A DNA stretch of 64,000 bases from an uncultured Oscillospiraceae bacterium (GCA_934446465.1 CAKSEF010000003.1:544-64543); one strand, 5' to 3'. Shown: positions 8,352 to 17,760, numbered from the stretch's first letter. Numbers and translations are program-made. The notes: generated from the sequence alone by a model not told the origin.

Positions 8352-9536
8352 ATGGAGTTTTCAAACAGGATTTCGGGGCTCAAGCCTTCGGCAATACGTG
8401 AGATACTGAAAATATCGCATGACGACGAGCTTATCAGCTTTGCTGCGGGAAATCCCGCTCCGTCAACGTTCCCTGTTGCGGAAATGGCGGATATAGCGTC
8501 CGAGATTTTCAAAAATGATGCGTCGAGCGCGCTCCAGTACGGAGTGAGCGAAGGATTTACACCGCTCCGCGAATACACGGCGGCGCGAATAAAGCGCAAA
8601 TATAACATCGGCGGCGATAATGACGGCTTGATAATAACGAGCGGAGGTCAGCAGGGAATAGAAATGACGGCGAAAATATTTCTTAATGAAAATGACGCCG
8701 TGATATGCGAGGACCCGAGCTTTATAGGTGCATTGAATGCCTTCCGCTCATACGGCGCACGCCTTATCGGCATCGGCACGGATGATTTCGGTATGCGGGT
8801 GGACGAGCTTGAGGAAAAACTAAAGACAGAAAAAAACGTAAAGCTTATTTATACGATTCCCACATTCCAGAATCCTACGGGGACGACGCTTTCGCTCGAG
8901 CGCAGAAAGAAAATGCTCGAGCTTGCGGAAAAGTATGATGTTATGATAATAGAAGACAGTCCGTACTTTGAACTTCGGTTCGGGGGCAGCGACGTTCCGA
9001 CAATAAAGAGCATGGACACGAGCGGGCGTGTGATTTTTTCGGGCTCGTATTCCAAGATATTCTCGCCCGGAATGCGCATAGGATATGTGTGCGCGGATAA
9101 AAAGGTTCTCGATAAACTCGTTATTGCAAAGCAGGTTTCCGACGTCCACACAAATCTGTTCTTCCAGATGCTCATTTCAAAATATCTCGAGGAGAATGAT
9201 GTAGATAAGCATATAGAAAGCATTAGAAGCGTTTACGGCAGAAAGTGCGCGCTGATGTTATCCTGTATGGATGAGATGTTCCCGCGCAATGTTGAGTATA
9301 CGCGCCCTCAGGGAGGTCTTTTCCTGTGGTGCAGAATACCGGACGGATATGACGGGCGCGAATTTGCGTCAAGAGCAAAGGAAAAAAAGGTTACCGTTGT
9401 TCCCGGATGTGCGTTTGCAACGGACGAAAGCGCAGTTTGCCCGTCATTCAGATTAAATTATTCGCTCCCGTCAGAGGACGATATAAGAAACGGAATCGGA
9501 AGGTTGTCCGAGGTTCTCCGTGATTATGTGAAATAG
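8352..9536 (+). CDS. PLP-dependent aminotransferase, class I/II (2-aminoadipate/aromatic aminotransferase-like)
   Basis: 394-aa ORF with a fold-type I aminotransferase pattern, including the PLP-lysine motif SGSYSKIFSPGMRIGY and PTFQNPTG. Confidence 0.85.
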   Translation: MEFSNRISGLKPSAIREILKISHDDELISFAAGNPAPSTFPVAEMADIASEIFKNDASSALQYGVSEGFTPLREYTAARIKRKYNIGGDNDGLIITSGGQQGIEMTAKIFLNENDAVICEDPSFIGALNAFRSYGARLIGIGTDDFGMRVDELEEKLKTEKNVKLIYTIPTFQNPTGTTLSLERRKKMLELAEKYDVMIIEDSPYFELRFGGSDVPTIKSMDTSGRVIFSGSYSKIFSPGMRIGYVCADKKVLDKLVIAKQVSDVHTNLFFQMLISKYLEENDVDKHIESIRSVYGRKCALMLSCMDEMFPRNVEYTRPQGGLFLWCRIPDGYDGREFASRAKEKKVTVVPGCAFATDESAVCPSFRLNYSLPSEDDIRNGIGRLSEVLRDYVK

Positions 9537-9549
9537 AAAGGACACTTTT

Positions 9550-10578
9550 ATGGAAACATCAGAAGTCAGAAAGCGCGTTTATTCCGCCATTCAGCCGTCA
9601 GGCAATATAACAATGGGAAACTATATGGGCGCGCTGACAAATTGGGTCGCAATGCAGAAGGACTATGACTGCCTGTTCTGCCTCGCCGATATGCACGCGA
9701 TAACCGTGCGTCAGGAACCTGCAAAGCTCAGAAATCAGACACTGTCTCTCCTTGCGATGCTGATAGGGTGCGGAATTGACCCGGAGAAGAGTATTATGTA
9801 TATCCAAAGCCATGTCCAGCAGCACGCGGAACTCGCATGGATTCTCAACTGCTATACAATGTTCGGCGAGCTCTCGCGCATGACGCAGTTTAAGGATAAA
9901 TCTGCCCGTCATTCCGATAATATCAATGCAGGGCTCTTTGATTATCCCGTGCTCATGGCGGCGGATATACTGCTGTACAATACAGACCTTGTGCCGATAG
10001 GAGAGGACCAGCGCCAGCATCTTGAGCTTGCGCGCAATGTTGCAGTCAGATTTAACGGCATATACGGCGATGCTCTGAAAGTGCCCGAGGGGTATATCCC
10101 CAAGGTCGGCGGAAGAATAATGAGCCTTGCCGAGCCTGAAAAGAAGATGTCAAAATCGGATTCAAATCCGAATGCGTACATATTGCTTCTCGATAAGCCC
10201 GAGGATATAATGCGCAAATTTAAGCGCGCGGTGACCGACAGCGAGGCAAGGGTTGAATACCGCGAGGGAAAAGCCGGCGTAAATAACCTTATGACGATAT
10301 ACTCCGTCGCAACGGGCAAGAGCCTTGAAGAGACGGAAAGAGAGTTTGATGGAAGAGGCTACGGCGATTTCAAAACGGCAGTCGGCGAAGCCGTTGTCGA
10401 GATGCTCCGCCCGATAAGGGAGAAAACCGAAGACCTTCTTAAAAATAAAGATTACCTTGAAAAGGTGTACACCGACGGCGCACACCGTGCGTCAATGCTC
10501 GCCGAGCGCAATCTTGAAAAGATACGCAAAAAGGTCGGATTCATAAAGAAACCGCGGATAAGCTTCGAGGGTAAGTAA
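9550..10578 (+). CDS. trpS: tryptophan--tRNA ligase
   Basis: 342-aa class I aaRS with the TrpRS pattern (SGNITMGNYMGAL, KMSKS present as KKMSKSD). Begins 13 nt after the aminotransferase stop. Confidence 0.95.
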   Translation: METSEVRKRVYSAIQPSGNITMGNYMGALTNWVAMQKDYDCLFCLADMHAITVRQEPAKLRNQTLSLLAMLIGCGIDPEKSIMYIQSHVQQHAELAWILNCYTMFGELSRMTQFKDKSARHSDNINAGLFDYPVLMAADILLYNTDLVPIGEDQRQHLELARNVAVRFNGIYGDALKVPEGYIPKVGGRIMSLAEPEKKMSKSDSNPNAYILLLDKPEDIMRKFKRAVTDSEARVEYREGKAGVNNLMTIYSVATGKSLEETEREFDGRGYGDFKTAVGEAVVEMLRPIREKTEDLLKNKDYLEKVYTDGAHRASMLAERNLEKIRKKVGFIKKPRISFEGK

Positions 10579-10593
10579 ACGGGGGGCGCAGTC

Positions 10594-11697
10594 ATGGATA
10601 AGATGACAATTTTTAAAACAATAGGCGCTTTAGTTGCGGCCGGAGCACTTTCCTTTGTGCTTACACCTGTCGTAAAAAGAATTGCTCATAAAATCGGCGC
10701 GATAGATGTTCCGAAGGATAACAGAAGAATGCACAAAGTACCCATTCCGAGGCTTGGGGGATTGGCGGTATTTTTCGGATTCCTTGTTTCGGTACTCGCG
10801 CTCCTTCCCATAGATACCGAGATGCGCGGAATATTGATCGGCTCGGTAGTTATAGTCGTACTCGGCGTTATCGACGATTCGGTGTCGCTCTCGCCGCTCG
10901 TCAAACTGTTTGTCCAAATCGGCGCGGCGCTGATTGTCGTGTTCCACGGCGTAAGGATTGACGTTCTGTCAAATATTAACGTGCTCAGCGACACCGCCTA
11001 TATCGGTCTCGGCGGCTGGTCCGTTCCCGTTACGGTAATATGGATTGTCGCAATAACAAACGCAGTAAACCTCATAGACGGACTCGACGGACTTTCCGTC
11101 GGCGTATGCACAATAGCCTCACTGTCGATGCTTGTCATTTCGGCGATAGTTTCGGAATACACAATAATGCTTGTTATGGCGGCTCTTGCAGGTGCATGTA
11201 TCGGTTTTTTGCCATACAACCTGAACCCAGCCAAAATTTTTGTGGGCGATACGGGCGCAACGTTTCTGGGATTCATGCTTGCTTCGATGTCCATACAGGG
11301 CATGTTTAAGACATATGCGATTTTGTCGTTCGCAGTTCCGTTCCTTGTTCTCGGACTCCCGATATTCGATACGGTATTTGCAATCTTCAGAAGAATAGCG
11401 CACGGTCAGAGCCCGATGCAGGCCGACCGCGGTCATGTTCACCACCGTCTCATCGATATGGGGTTCAGCCAAAAACAGTCAGTGCTGATTCTCTATCTTG
11501 TAAGCGGTATACTCGGTACGGCTGCCGTTCTCCTTACATCGAGCGGAGCCGTGAGAGCACTGCTGTTCGTTATAACGGTTATAATAGCCGTTGCAATCGG
11601 ACTCAGAGTATATATAGGTCTCTCCAAGCACGAAGCCGAAAAAAAAGAAAAGAAGAAAAACTCGGAGGAACAGCCTAACCGTAAAGAGACGAATTGA
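10594..11697 (+). CDS. MraY/WecA-family polyprenyl-phosphate N-acetylhexosamine-1-phosphate transferase (TagO/WecA-like)
   Basis: 367-aa polytopic membrane protein with family motifs (DDSVSLSP, NAVNLIDGLDGL, VGDTGATFLGF, HHRL). Confidence 0.85.
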   Translation: MDKMTIFKTIGALVAAGALSFVLTPVVKRIAHKIGAIDVPKDNRRMHKVPIPRLGGLAVFFGFLVSVLALLPIDTEMRGILIGSVVIVVLGVIDDSVSLSPLVKLFVQIGAALIVVFHGVRIDVLSNINVLSDTAYIGLGGWSVPVTVIWIVAITNAVNLIDGLDGLSVGVCTIASLSMLVISAIVSEYTIMLVMAALAGACIGFLPYNLNPAKIFVGDTGATFLGFMLASMSIQGMFKTYAILSFAVPFLVLGLPIFDTVFAIFRRIAHGQSPMQADRGHVHHRLIDMGFSQKQSVLILYLVSGILGTAAVLLTSSGAVRALLFVITVIIAVAIGLRVYIGLSKHEAEKKEKKKNSEEQPNRKETN

Positions 11698-11711
11698 GTG
11701 TCAATAAAATG

Positions 11712-11758
11712 AATAACCGCGAGTACGCCGTTTTGACGGTGTGTTTGCGGTTATTTTG
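11712..11758 (+). terminator. intrinsic terminator after the TagO/WecA-like gene
   Basis: AATAACCGC ... GCGGTTATT outer stem with an inner CCGT/ACGG hairpin, followed by TTTTG. Confidence 0.55.
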
Positions 11759-11806
11759 CATTTTGGAGTGAAAAACGAGATAAAGTAAAAATGCCAACAA
11801 TTATCT

Positions 11807-11835
11807 TTGCTTTTTTGAAACATATGGTGTATAAT
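11807..11835 (+). promoter_or_regulatory. putative sigmaA promoter of the AraC-type regulator gene
   Basis: TTGCTT, 17 nt, TATAAT. Confidence 0.45.
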
Positions 11836-11878
11836 ACAGTTACATTTTTTAGATATCGATATTATTTAACTTAAAAAT

Positions 11879-14137
11879 ATGGTGATTGTTTTGGCGGTGA
11901 TAGTCTTGGTAAAAAAAATCAATACGTTTTTTCTCAAAGCGTTTATATATGTGTTTGCTCTAATCCTCGCCTGCGGGATGCTTTTCGGGGCTATGGACGC
12001 AATCAACGCCCGGAAAGCAACCGATATCGCAGTTAACGGGTTTAAGAACGAGTTCAATAACAACTCAAAAAATGTCCAAAGAAACATCTCGTCAATCAGA
12101 TATTCAATGGCGGAGCTCGCCGTTAAAATCGCATCAAACCGCGAATTTGAATACGGTACATATCTCGAAGATAACACACTCCGTGCCGATATGAGGGCAA
12201 TTCTGGTAGACAGGCGTCAGGCAGAGTTCTCAAAATTTTTGCTAACCGCATTCATCGTTGATTTAAATAAAGAGGGATACGTCTACGAACTTACCGGAAC
12301 ATATCCCGCAGACGTTTTTTTTAACCAATTATATGTGAACGGCACATATCAGAATGAATATTGGCGTTCGGCGGCCTCGAACGGAAGCAGCTTCAGAATA
12401 TGCCCGTCATCTGAATTTAGTGCGGTTATGGATATTAAGAGAAGTGACGTTAATGTCCTTCCCGTATCATATAAGCCGCAGGCAAACAGTCAGTTTGTCA
12501 TAGTTGCGCTGTTTGATGCGGATGCAATGGCAAAAGAGCTCGGATTTTCGGCAATACTCTCCGAATCGGGAGAGGTGATATTCAATAACGGTGAGATGCC
12601 GGAGGGTTTTGAGACTTATGATAAGAACTCTCATAAAAAGCTCGGCGGAAATTACATATTCAGATTTACGGACGAACAAAATCAAAACTTACAGATATTC
12701 GGAGAAGTGCGCGGAAAGGACGTCAACGCAGTTTCGGGAAACGGCTTCAGGAGAGTATTTATCATACTGATTTCCGCAGTCGTTTTTGCGGTTTTGGGAG
12801 GCGCCGCCGCAGCTCGGAAATATTCATCGGAGATGAAGATGATTTGCTCCGTGCTCGAGGAAAATAACGGTGTGCGCAATCATATCGGAAAGAAAATAGA
12901 GAATGAAGAACAGATTCTCGACAGCGTGAAATTCCTTGCATCGGGTACATCGCGGACTATCTCGGACGCAGGAAACGGCGCATCGCTTCTCGATTCAATG
13001 TTTCTGCAATCAAAAATGCGGGACGTATATGTCGGCATTGACGACATTGAGGAAAAAGTTGCCGTTTCAAGGTCGTTTTACATGATTTATCTCCGCGTAA
13101 ATTACAGGGAAGAGTTCGAGCATTATATCGGCAAGGATTTGGGAAAGGCAACTTTCTTCTTAAAACAGCTTATCGAGATGCACCTCGAGAGCATCGGAGT
13201 CGATGCAACAACATTCCAAATAGAAAACAACGGTATCGTTTCCGTGTTCAGGGACGAATGCCCGGACGATGAAGTGAAGCGTGAAATAACATCGGGCATA
13301 CTCGCTCGGCTGGAAAATGAATCGGAATATGCATATTTTACGGTTGTAGTTTCAGACACATACAAAGGAATAGAGAATATCAAATCTGTGTACGACGGTC
13401 TTATCGACCTTGCGCGCTATGCAAAACCGACGGCTAAAACGCAGATTTTATCTGAAAAGACAGTAGAACGCGGTGCAAGTAGATTCTATTTCTCTGTTGA
13501 GGAGATGGGCAAATTTTCGGCTCTCCTTCAAAACGGTTCTAATGAAGAAGTTATGCGGAAGGTGGACGAAATATTTGAGTATAACATAAAAAAGGACATA
13601 AATAATTTTGAAATGTATCTCCTTTCGTCCGAATTGATTAACTGTTCGGTAAAGCTTGTAAACCGCGTGCTCCACTCAATTCCTCAGTCGCTCGACCTTT
13701 CGGAGGCGTATAAAAAGCTTGAAAAGGCGCAGACTCCGCAAAAATACAGAGTGGTATGCGCAGAGTTTTTGAAAAAGGTTATGGAACAACTGCGGCAGAA
13801 CGAACGCGAGGACGATTACATAATAAGTTATATACTCGACTATGTGGACAATCACTACTCAGAGGATATATATCTTAACCTATTTGCCGAAAACCTGAAA
13901 CTTACGGGCGCGTATATCTCGTCCTACTTTAAGGAAAAGATGAACGTTAATTTAAGCGACTATGTAAACAGCTACCGAATAAAAAAGGCGGTTGAGCTGA
14001 GCGCAAATCCGCAGAACAAAAACAAGGATATAGCTGTCATGGTAGGGCTTCCGAATATAAATACCTTTATTCGGCTGTTCAAGAAATATACGGGTTATAC
14101 TCCGGGCGAGTATCGCAAAAAGAATTTCGGCAAATAG
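11879..14137 (+). CDS. membrane-spanning AraC/XylS-family transcriptional regulator with a large extracytoplasmic sensor-like domain
   Basis: 752 aa. Hydrophobic helix at ~aa 17-38, a ~250-aa hydrophilic segment, a second hydrophobic helix at ~aa 292-311 (RRVFIILISAVVFAVLGGAAAA), a ~330-aa cytoplasmic linker, then a C-terminal AraC HTH (IAVMVGLPNINTFIRLFKKYTGYTPGEYR). No convincing RBS at 11879, so the start is uncertain. Confidence 0.8.
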   Translation: MVIVLAVIVLVKKINTFFLKAFIYVFALILACGMLFGAMDAINARKATDIAVNGFKNEFNNNSKNVQRNISSIRYSMAELAVKIASNREFEYGTYLEDNTLRADMRAILVDRRQAEFSKFLLTAFIVDLNKEGYVYELTGTYPADVFFNQLYVNGTYQNEYWRSAASNGSSFRICPSSEFSAVMDIKRSDVNVLPVSYKPQANSQFVIVALFDADAMAKELGFSAILSESGEVIFNNGEMPEGFETYDKNSHKKLGGNYIFRFTDEQNQNLQIFGEVRGKDVNAVSGNGFRRVFIILISAVVFAVLGGAAAARKYSSEMKMICSVLEENNGVRNHIGKKIENEEQILDSVKFLASGTSRTISDAGNGASLLDSMFLQSKMRDVYVGIDDIEEKVAVSRSFYMIYLRVNYREEFEHYIGKDLGKATFFLKQLIEMHLESIGVDATTFQIENNGIVSVFRDECPDDEVKREITSGILARLENESEYAYFTVVVSDTYKGIENIKSVYDGLIDLARYAKPTAKTQILSEKTVERGASRFYFSVEEMGKFSALLQNGSNEEVMRKVDEIFEYNIKKDINNFEMYLLSSELINCSVKLVNRVLHSIPQSLDLSEAYKKLEKAQTPQKYRVVCAEFLKKVMEQLRQNEREDDYIISYILDYVDNHYSEDIYLNLFAENLKLTGAYISSYFKEKMNVNLSDYVNSYRIKKAVELSANPQNKNKDIAVMVGLPNINTFIRLFKKYTGYTPGEYRKKNFGK

Positions 14138-14383
14138 CACAAAAGATTTCGGATATAGAAAAACAGCTAAATTTGGCAATAAAAGTAGATTTTTGGTGAT
14201 TTATTAACGACTTGTTAAATGCTTAAAATAATAGATTAGTTACCAAATTTTAGCCAGTATCGATATAAACGCAACAAATGCGCTGAATTAGTTAAAATTC
14301 GCCGATGCGCGTTATCATTTGTTTTTCTTTTAATTATTTTTAAGGAAATCTGATAATTTGGTGATGAATTAAAAATTTGATAA

Positions 14384-14412
14384 TTCATTTTTGTATATGT
14401 CTTGTTGTATAA
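14384..14412 (+). promoter_or_regulatory. candidate activator-dependent promoter of the permease operon
   Basis: A weak -35 (TTCATT), 17 nt, and a consensus TATAAT (14407..14412). The -10 sits inside a 13-bp perfect palindrome, TTGTATAATACAA (14405..14417). Implies a leader of about 210 nt. Confidence 0.3.
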
Positions 14413-14630
14413 TACAAGTGCAGAAAGGACAAAAATTTCAATCGGTTTTGTTTACTTTGCACACATCGAACAAATTGGTGTTTGTCGGACGGGCTTTTCC
14501 GTCCGGTGCCGGTTTGTATGTTTCGTTTTATATTGTCTGCGTTTCCGCCGGACATTATAAATATACGCACGGCTTGCCGTTATACGGTTGGCGGTGTGAA
14601 GTTTATTTTTTATTTGAGGAGTTGAATAAC

Positions 14631-15590
14631 TTGAAAGCAACTAAAAATGCTTCGGCAGAAGTTTTGCCTTCGCCCACAAGTTCAAAGCCTGAATGGCTCA
14701 AACGCCTGTCGGACGGAAAGTATCTTCTTCTGCTTGTACTGCCGGGCCTTACCTGCCTGCTGCTGTTCAATTACCTGCCAATGTACGGACTGATAATCGC
14801 GTTCAAGGATTATAAGCCGTTTATCGGGCTCATTGACAGTGAATGGATTGGATTTGAAAACTTTGTCAGGTTTTTCAATTACAAGTACTGCTGGCGAATG
14901 ATTAGGAATACGTTCCTGCTATCGTTCTGGTCCTTGTTCTGGGGCTTCCCGGCACCGATTATACTTGCTCTTCTGCTCAACGAAGTGCAGAATGCCAAGT
15001 ATAAGAAGTTTGTTCAGACCGTTACATACATGCCCCACTTTTTCTCAACGGTTGTTGTTGTCGGTCTTGTAACTCTTCTTCTCTCACCGACGGGCGGTCT
15101 CATAACGAGAGCTCTCCATACAATGGGAATAGACATCGGAAACATACTTGCCGATGCCAAGGCATTCAGAAGTATCTACATTATTTCAAGTATCTGGCAG
15201 GAAATGGGCTGGGGCGCAATCATTTACCTTGCGGCTCTCACAAATGTTGACCCACAGCTTTATGAAGCCGCAGTTGTTGACGGTGCCGGAAAAATGCGCT
15301 GCCTCTGGAGCATTACGCTTCCGAGTATCGCACCGACAATCATCACAATGCTCCTTCTTAAGATGGGAAGCCTTTTCTCCGTCGGATTTGAGAAGGTATT
15401 CCTTCTCCAGTCTCCTTCGACATACGAAACGTCTGAGGTTATTTCTACATACGTTTACTTGAACGGACTTCAGTCAAACAGCTTCAGTTACGGTACGGCG
15501 GTCGGTCTGTTTAACTCACTGGTCTGCTTCGCGCTCGTTATCGTTTCTAACTACGTAGCTCGCTCCGTAAGTGAAACGAGTCTGTGGTAA
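14631..15590 (+). CDS. carbohydrate ABC transporter permease, LplB-like (CUT1 family)
   Basis: ORF 14391..15590. LplB-type N-terminus (LLLLVLPGLTCLLLFNYLPMYGLIIAFKDYKP) and an EAA-like loop (YEAAVVDGAGKMRCLWSITLP). In-frame TTG at 14631 lies 9 nt after GAGGAG. The upstream 80 codons are not protein-like. Confidence 0.85.
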   Translation: MKATKNASAEVLPSPTSSKPEWLKRLSDGKYLLLLVLPGLTCLLLFNYLPMYGLIIAFKDYKPFIGLIDSEWIGFENFVRFFNYKYCWRMIRNTFLLSFWSLFWGFPAPIILALLLNEVQNAKYKKFVQTVTYMPHFFSTVVVVGLVTLLLSPTGGLITRALHTMGIDIGNILADAKAFRSIYIISSIWQEMGWGAIIYLAALTNVDPQLYEAAVVDGAGKMRCLWSITLPSIAPTIITMLLLKMGSLFSVGFEKVFLLQSPSTYETSEVISTYVYLNGLQSNSFSYGTAVGLFNSLVCFALVIVSNYVARSVSETSLW

Positions 15591-15605
15591 GGAGGAAGAA
15601 AAGAA

Positions 15606-16499
15606 ATGGTTGAAAAGAAATTCTCTATCGGTTGGCTTCTGAGAAATATTATTCTCTGGCTTGTTGTTATCGTTGTTGTTCTTCCTGTATTACACATGAT
15701 TTCCGTTTCGCTCTCGAGCAACTGGGCTGTTCTCACAAACAGCATAACGATTTTCCCGAAGCTCGGAAATACGTTTGAAGATATGCACTTCGGAGCAACG
15801 CTTGCAACTTACAAGTTTGTTCTCGCAAAGCCGCTCATATTCAACGCATACAAGAACACAATAATATACACGGTTCTCGGAACGGCTATCGCGCTGTTCA
15901 CGCTTACAACGGGTGCATATGCCCTCAGTAAGAAGAGAACTCCGGGAGGAAAGGTAATCAACATCCTCCTCATGATAACGATGTTCTTCAGCGGCGGTAT
16001 GATTCCGGGATTCCTTGCTATCAAATGGCTCGGAATGTTGGATACTGTTTGGGCAATAGTTATCCCGCCTGCATTTACGGCATATAACTGCATCATCATG
16101 CGTTCGTTCTTCCAGTCGTTCCCCGGAGAAATTGAGGAATCCGGACGTCTTGACGGTCTTAACGATATCGGTATTCTTTGGTATCTCGTTCTTCCGACAT
16201 CGTCCGCAGTTCTTGCAACAATAGGACTCTTCGTTGCTGTTGCTCAGTGGAACGGATTCTTCGCTCCCCTTATTTACCTCAACGACGAGGCAAAGTATCC
16301 GCTTCAGATTATCCTCCGTCAGATAGTTCTCCAGAGTGTTATGGATGAATTTGAGGGTGCGGCGCGTGATACTACATTTGCAGAAAACTCAATCAAGTAT
16401 GCAACAATCATCGTGGCAATTATCCCGATTATCGTTGTCTACCCGTTCCTCCAGAAGTATTTCGTAAAGGGCGTTATGATTGGTTCTGTCAAGGGTTAA
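15606..16499 (+). CDS. carbohydrate ABC transporter permease, LplC-like
   Basis: 297-aa six-TM permease with the EAA motif (EIEESGRLDGLNDIGILWYLVLP). AAGGAGG RBS. Followed by a strong terminator. Confidence 0.85.
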   Translation: MVEKKFSIGWLLRNIILWLVVIVVVLPVLHMISVSLSSNWAVLTNSITIFPKLGNTFEDMHFGATLATYKFVLAKPLIFNAYKNTIIYTVLGTAIALFTLTTGAYALSKKRTPGGKVINILLMITMFFSGGMIPGFLAIKWLGMLDTVWAIVIPPAFTAYNCIIMRSFFQSFPGEIEESGRLDGLNDIGILWYLVLPTSSAVLATIGLFVAVAQWNGFFAPLIYLNDEAKYPLQIILRQIVLQSVMDEFEGAARDTTFAENSIKYATIIVAIIPIIVVYPFLQKYFVKGVMIGSVKG

Positions 16500-16512
16500 T
16501 CAACTCAATAAT

Positions 16513-16546
16513 AAAAGCCGAAACGAATTTCGTTTCGGCTTTTTTG
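16513..16546. terminator. bidirectional intrinsic terminator (permease operon / GT28 gene)
   Basis: AGCCGAAACG / CGTTTCGGCT 10-bp stem with a 5-nt loop, flanked by AAAA and TTTTTT. Confidence 0.85.
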
Positions 16547-16568
16547 TGTATTAAACAGAAGCACACTC

Positions 16569-17693
16569 TCATTTGTTTTTTGATACCATCCCACAAACAA
16601 ACTTTGCAAGATTCTCCGAGGCGTGCGGTTTGGCGATTACATCGAGTTGGCGGTTTATAAGCTCAATGCGGGATTTGTTGCTGAACAGGAAGTAAAGAGC
16701 CTCATCAATCGTAAACGTTTTTGTAACCGATAACGCAACTCCGTTGTTTATGAAAAATTCCAAATTGCGTTCTTCTTGCCCGGGTATCGGATTGACAAGT
16801 ATCATCGGAAGCTTCTTCGCCATGGCTTCACTTGTAGTCAGTCCTCCGGGTTTTGTAACTATGCAGTCGGCTGCATCCATGAGAATGTCTACCTCGTTTG
16901 TGAATCCGTATATCCGAACATTTTCGCCGTAATTCTTATCACGGAGTTTTTTCAGCATCTTTTCGTTATTTCCGCACACGGCAAGTATCTGACAAGTTTC
17001 GTCAAAACTATGTATGCTTGAAATGATAGACGGCATATCCCCGTATCCCATGCTTCCCGCCATAACAAGAATGGTGTGCTTGTCCGGAGAAATTCCGACT
17101 CTGCGGCAGGCTTCGTCGTGCGGAAGCTTCTGTGAAAATTTCTTTTGGACGGGTATCCCGAGCGGGCAGAGCCTGTCGGGACTTATCCCCTTAATTATTG
17201 CGCGTTGAGTAAGAAGTTCGCTGGCAATTTCAATGTATTCTATATACGTTACGTCCTCCCAAAACGGGTGAATCGTATAGTCGGTAACTATTCCGAGCGT
17301 TGGAACGTCCGAAAGCTTGCCGCGGCGCTTGAGTTCGTTTATTATCTGCGCGGCAAATATATGCGTGCAAACAATCGCGTCCGGGCCGTAGTCCTCAATA
17401 AACTTTTCAAATTTGTTTCCGAGAAGAACACTCACGAGACTCTGAATAGAATACTTTGTCGCCGGGTTCTCCTTCGAGTCTATCATCTCATATACCGCTC
17501 TGTATGCCTTGGGAGTGTATTTTGTGGAAAGAAGATAGCCTTTATTAACAGCATCGCACAAGTTAGTGTCAATTTGCTTGTAAACGTCCACTGTCTTAAC
17601 GTCGGCCCCCAAATCCGTAAGCGCGTTTGAGACGGATTTTGCGGCCGAGTGATGCCCTTGACCGGCTGTTATCGTAAGGATAAGAACCTTCAT
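16569..17693 (-). CDS. GT28-family diacylglycerol glycosyltransferase (MGDG synthase / UgtP-like)
   Basis: 374-aa ORF with the N-terminal LILTITAGQGHHSAA motif typical of MGDG-synthase/UgtP enzymes, and a C-terminal GT-B domain (KPGGLTTSEA). Confidence 0.8.
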   Translation of the reverse strand: MKVLILTITAGQGHHSAAKSVSNALTDLGADVKTVDVYKQIDTNLCDAVNKGYLLSTKYTPKAYRAVYEMIDSKENPATKYSIQSLVSVLLGNKFEKFIEDYGPDAIVCTHIFAAQIINELKRRGKLSDVPTLGIVTDYTIHPFWEDVTYIEYIEIASELLTQRAIIKGISPDRLCPLGIPVQKKFSQKLPHDEACRRVGISPDKHTILVMAGSMGYGDMPSIISSIHSFDETCQILAVCGNNEKMLKKLRDKNYGENVRIYGFTNEVDILMDAADCIVTKPGGLTTSEAMAKKLPMILVNPIPGQEERNLEFFINNGVALSVTKTFTIDEALYFLFSNKSRIELINRQLDVIAKPHASENLAKFVCGMVSKNK

Positions 17694-17760
17694 TTGCTTT
17701 TCACATCCTTATAAGAGTATATACATAAATGATAATACTTTTCGGAGAATATATCAAGAG

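Noticed and set aside
9537-9549. I looked for a T-box leader upstream of trpS.
   Set aside because: Only 13 nt separate trpS from the aminotransferase gene. The 141-nt region upstream of the aminotransferase holds just a promoter and an RBS, with no specifier or T-box sequence visible.
11853-11862. A shared palindromic 9-mer, TATCGATAT, in the AraC gene leader (11854..11862) and in the regulator-permease intergenic region (14258..14266). This could be a common operator.
   Set aside because: A single shared 9-mer between two AT-rich regions of these sizes is roughly what chance predicts. Similar TCGATAT strings also occur inside coding regions. I kept it only as a note.
14391-14630. An 80-codon N-terminal extension of the LplB-like permease ORF.
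   Set aside because: The translated extension (MYMSCCIIQVQKGQKF...) is not protein-like and spans the putative promoter and leader. The in-frame TTG at 14631 has a well-spaced GAGGAG and gives a normal LplB N-terminus.
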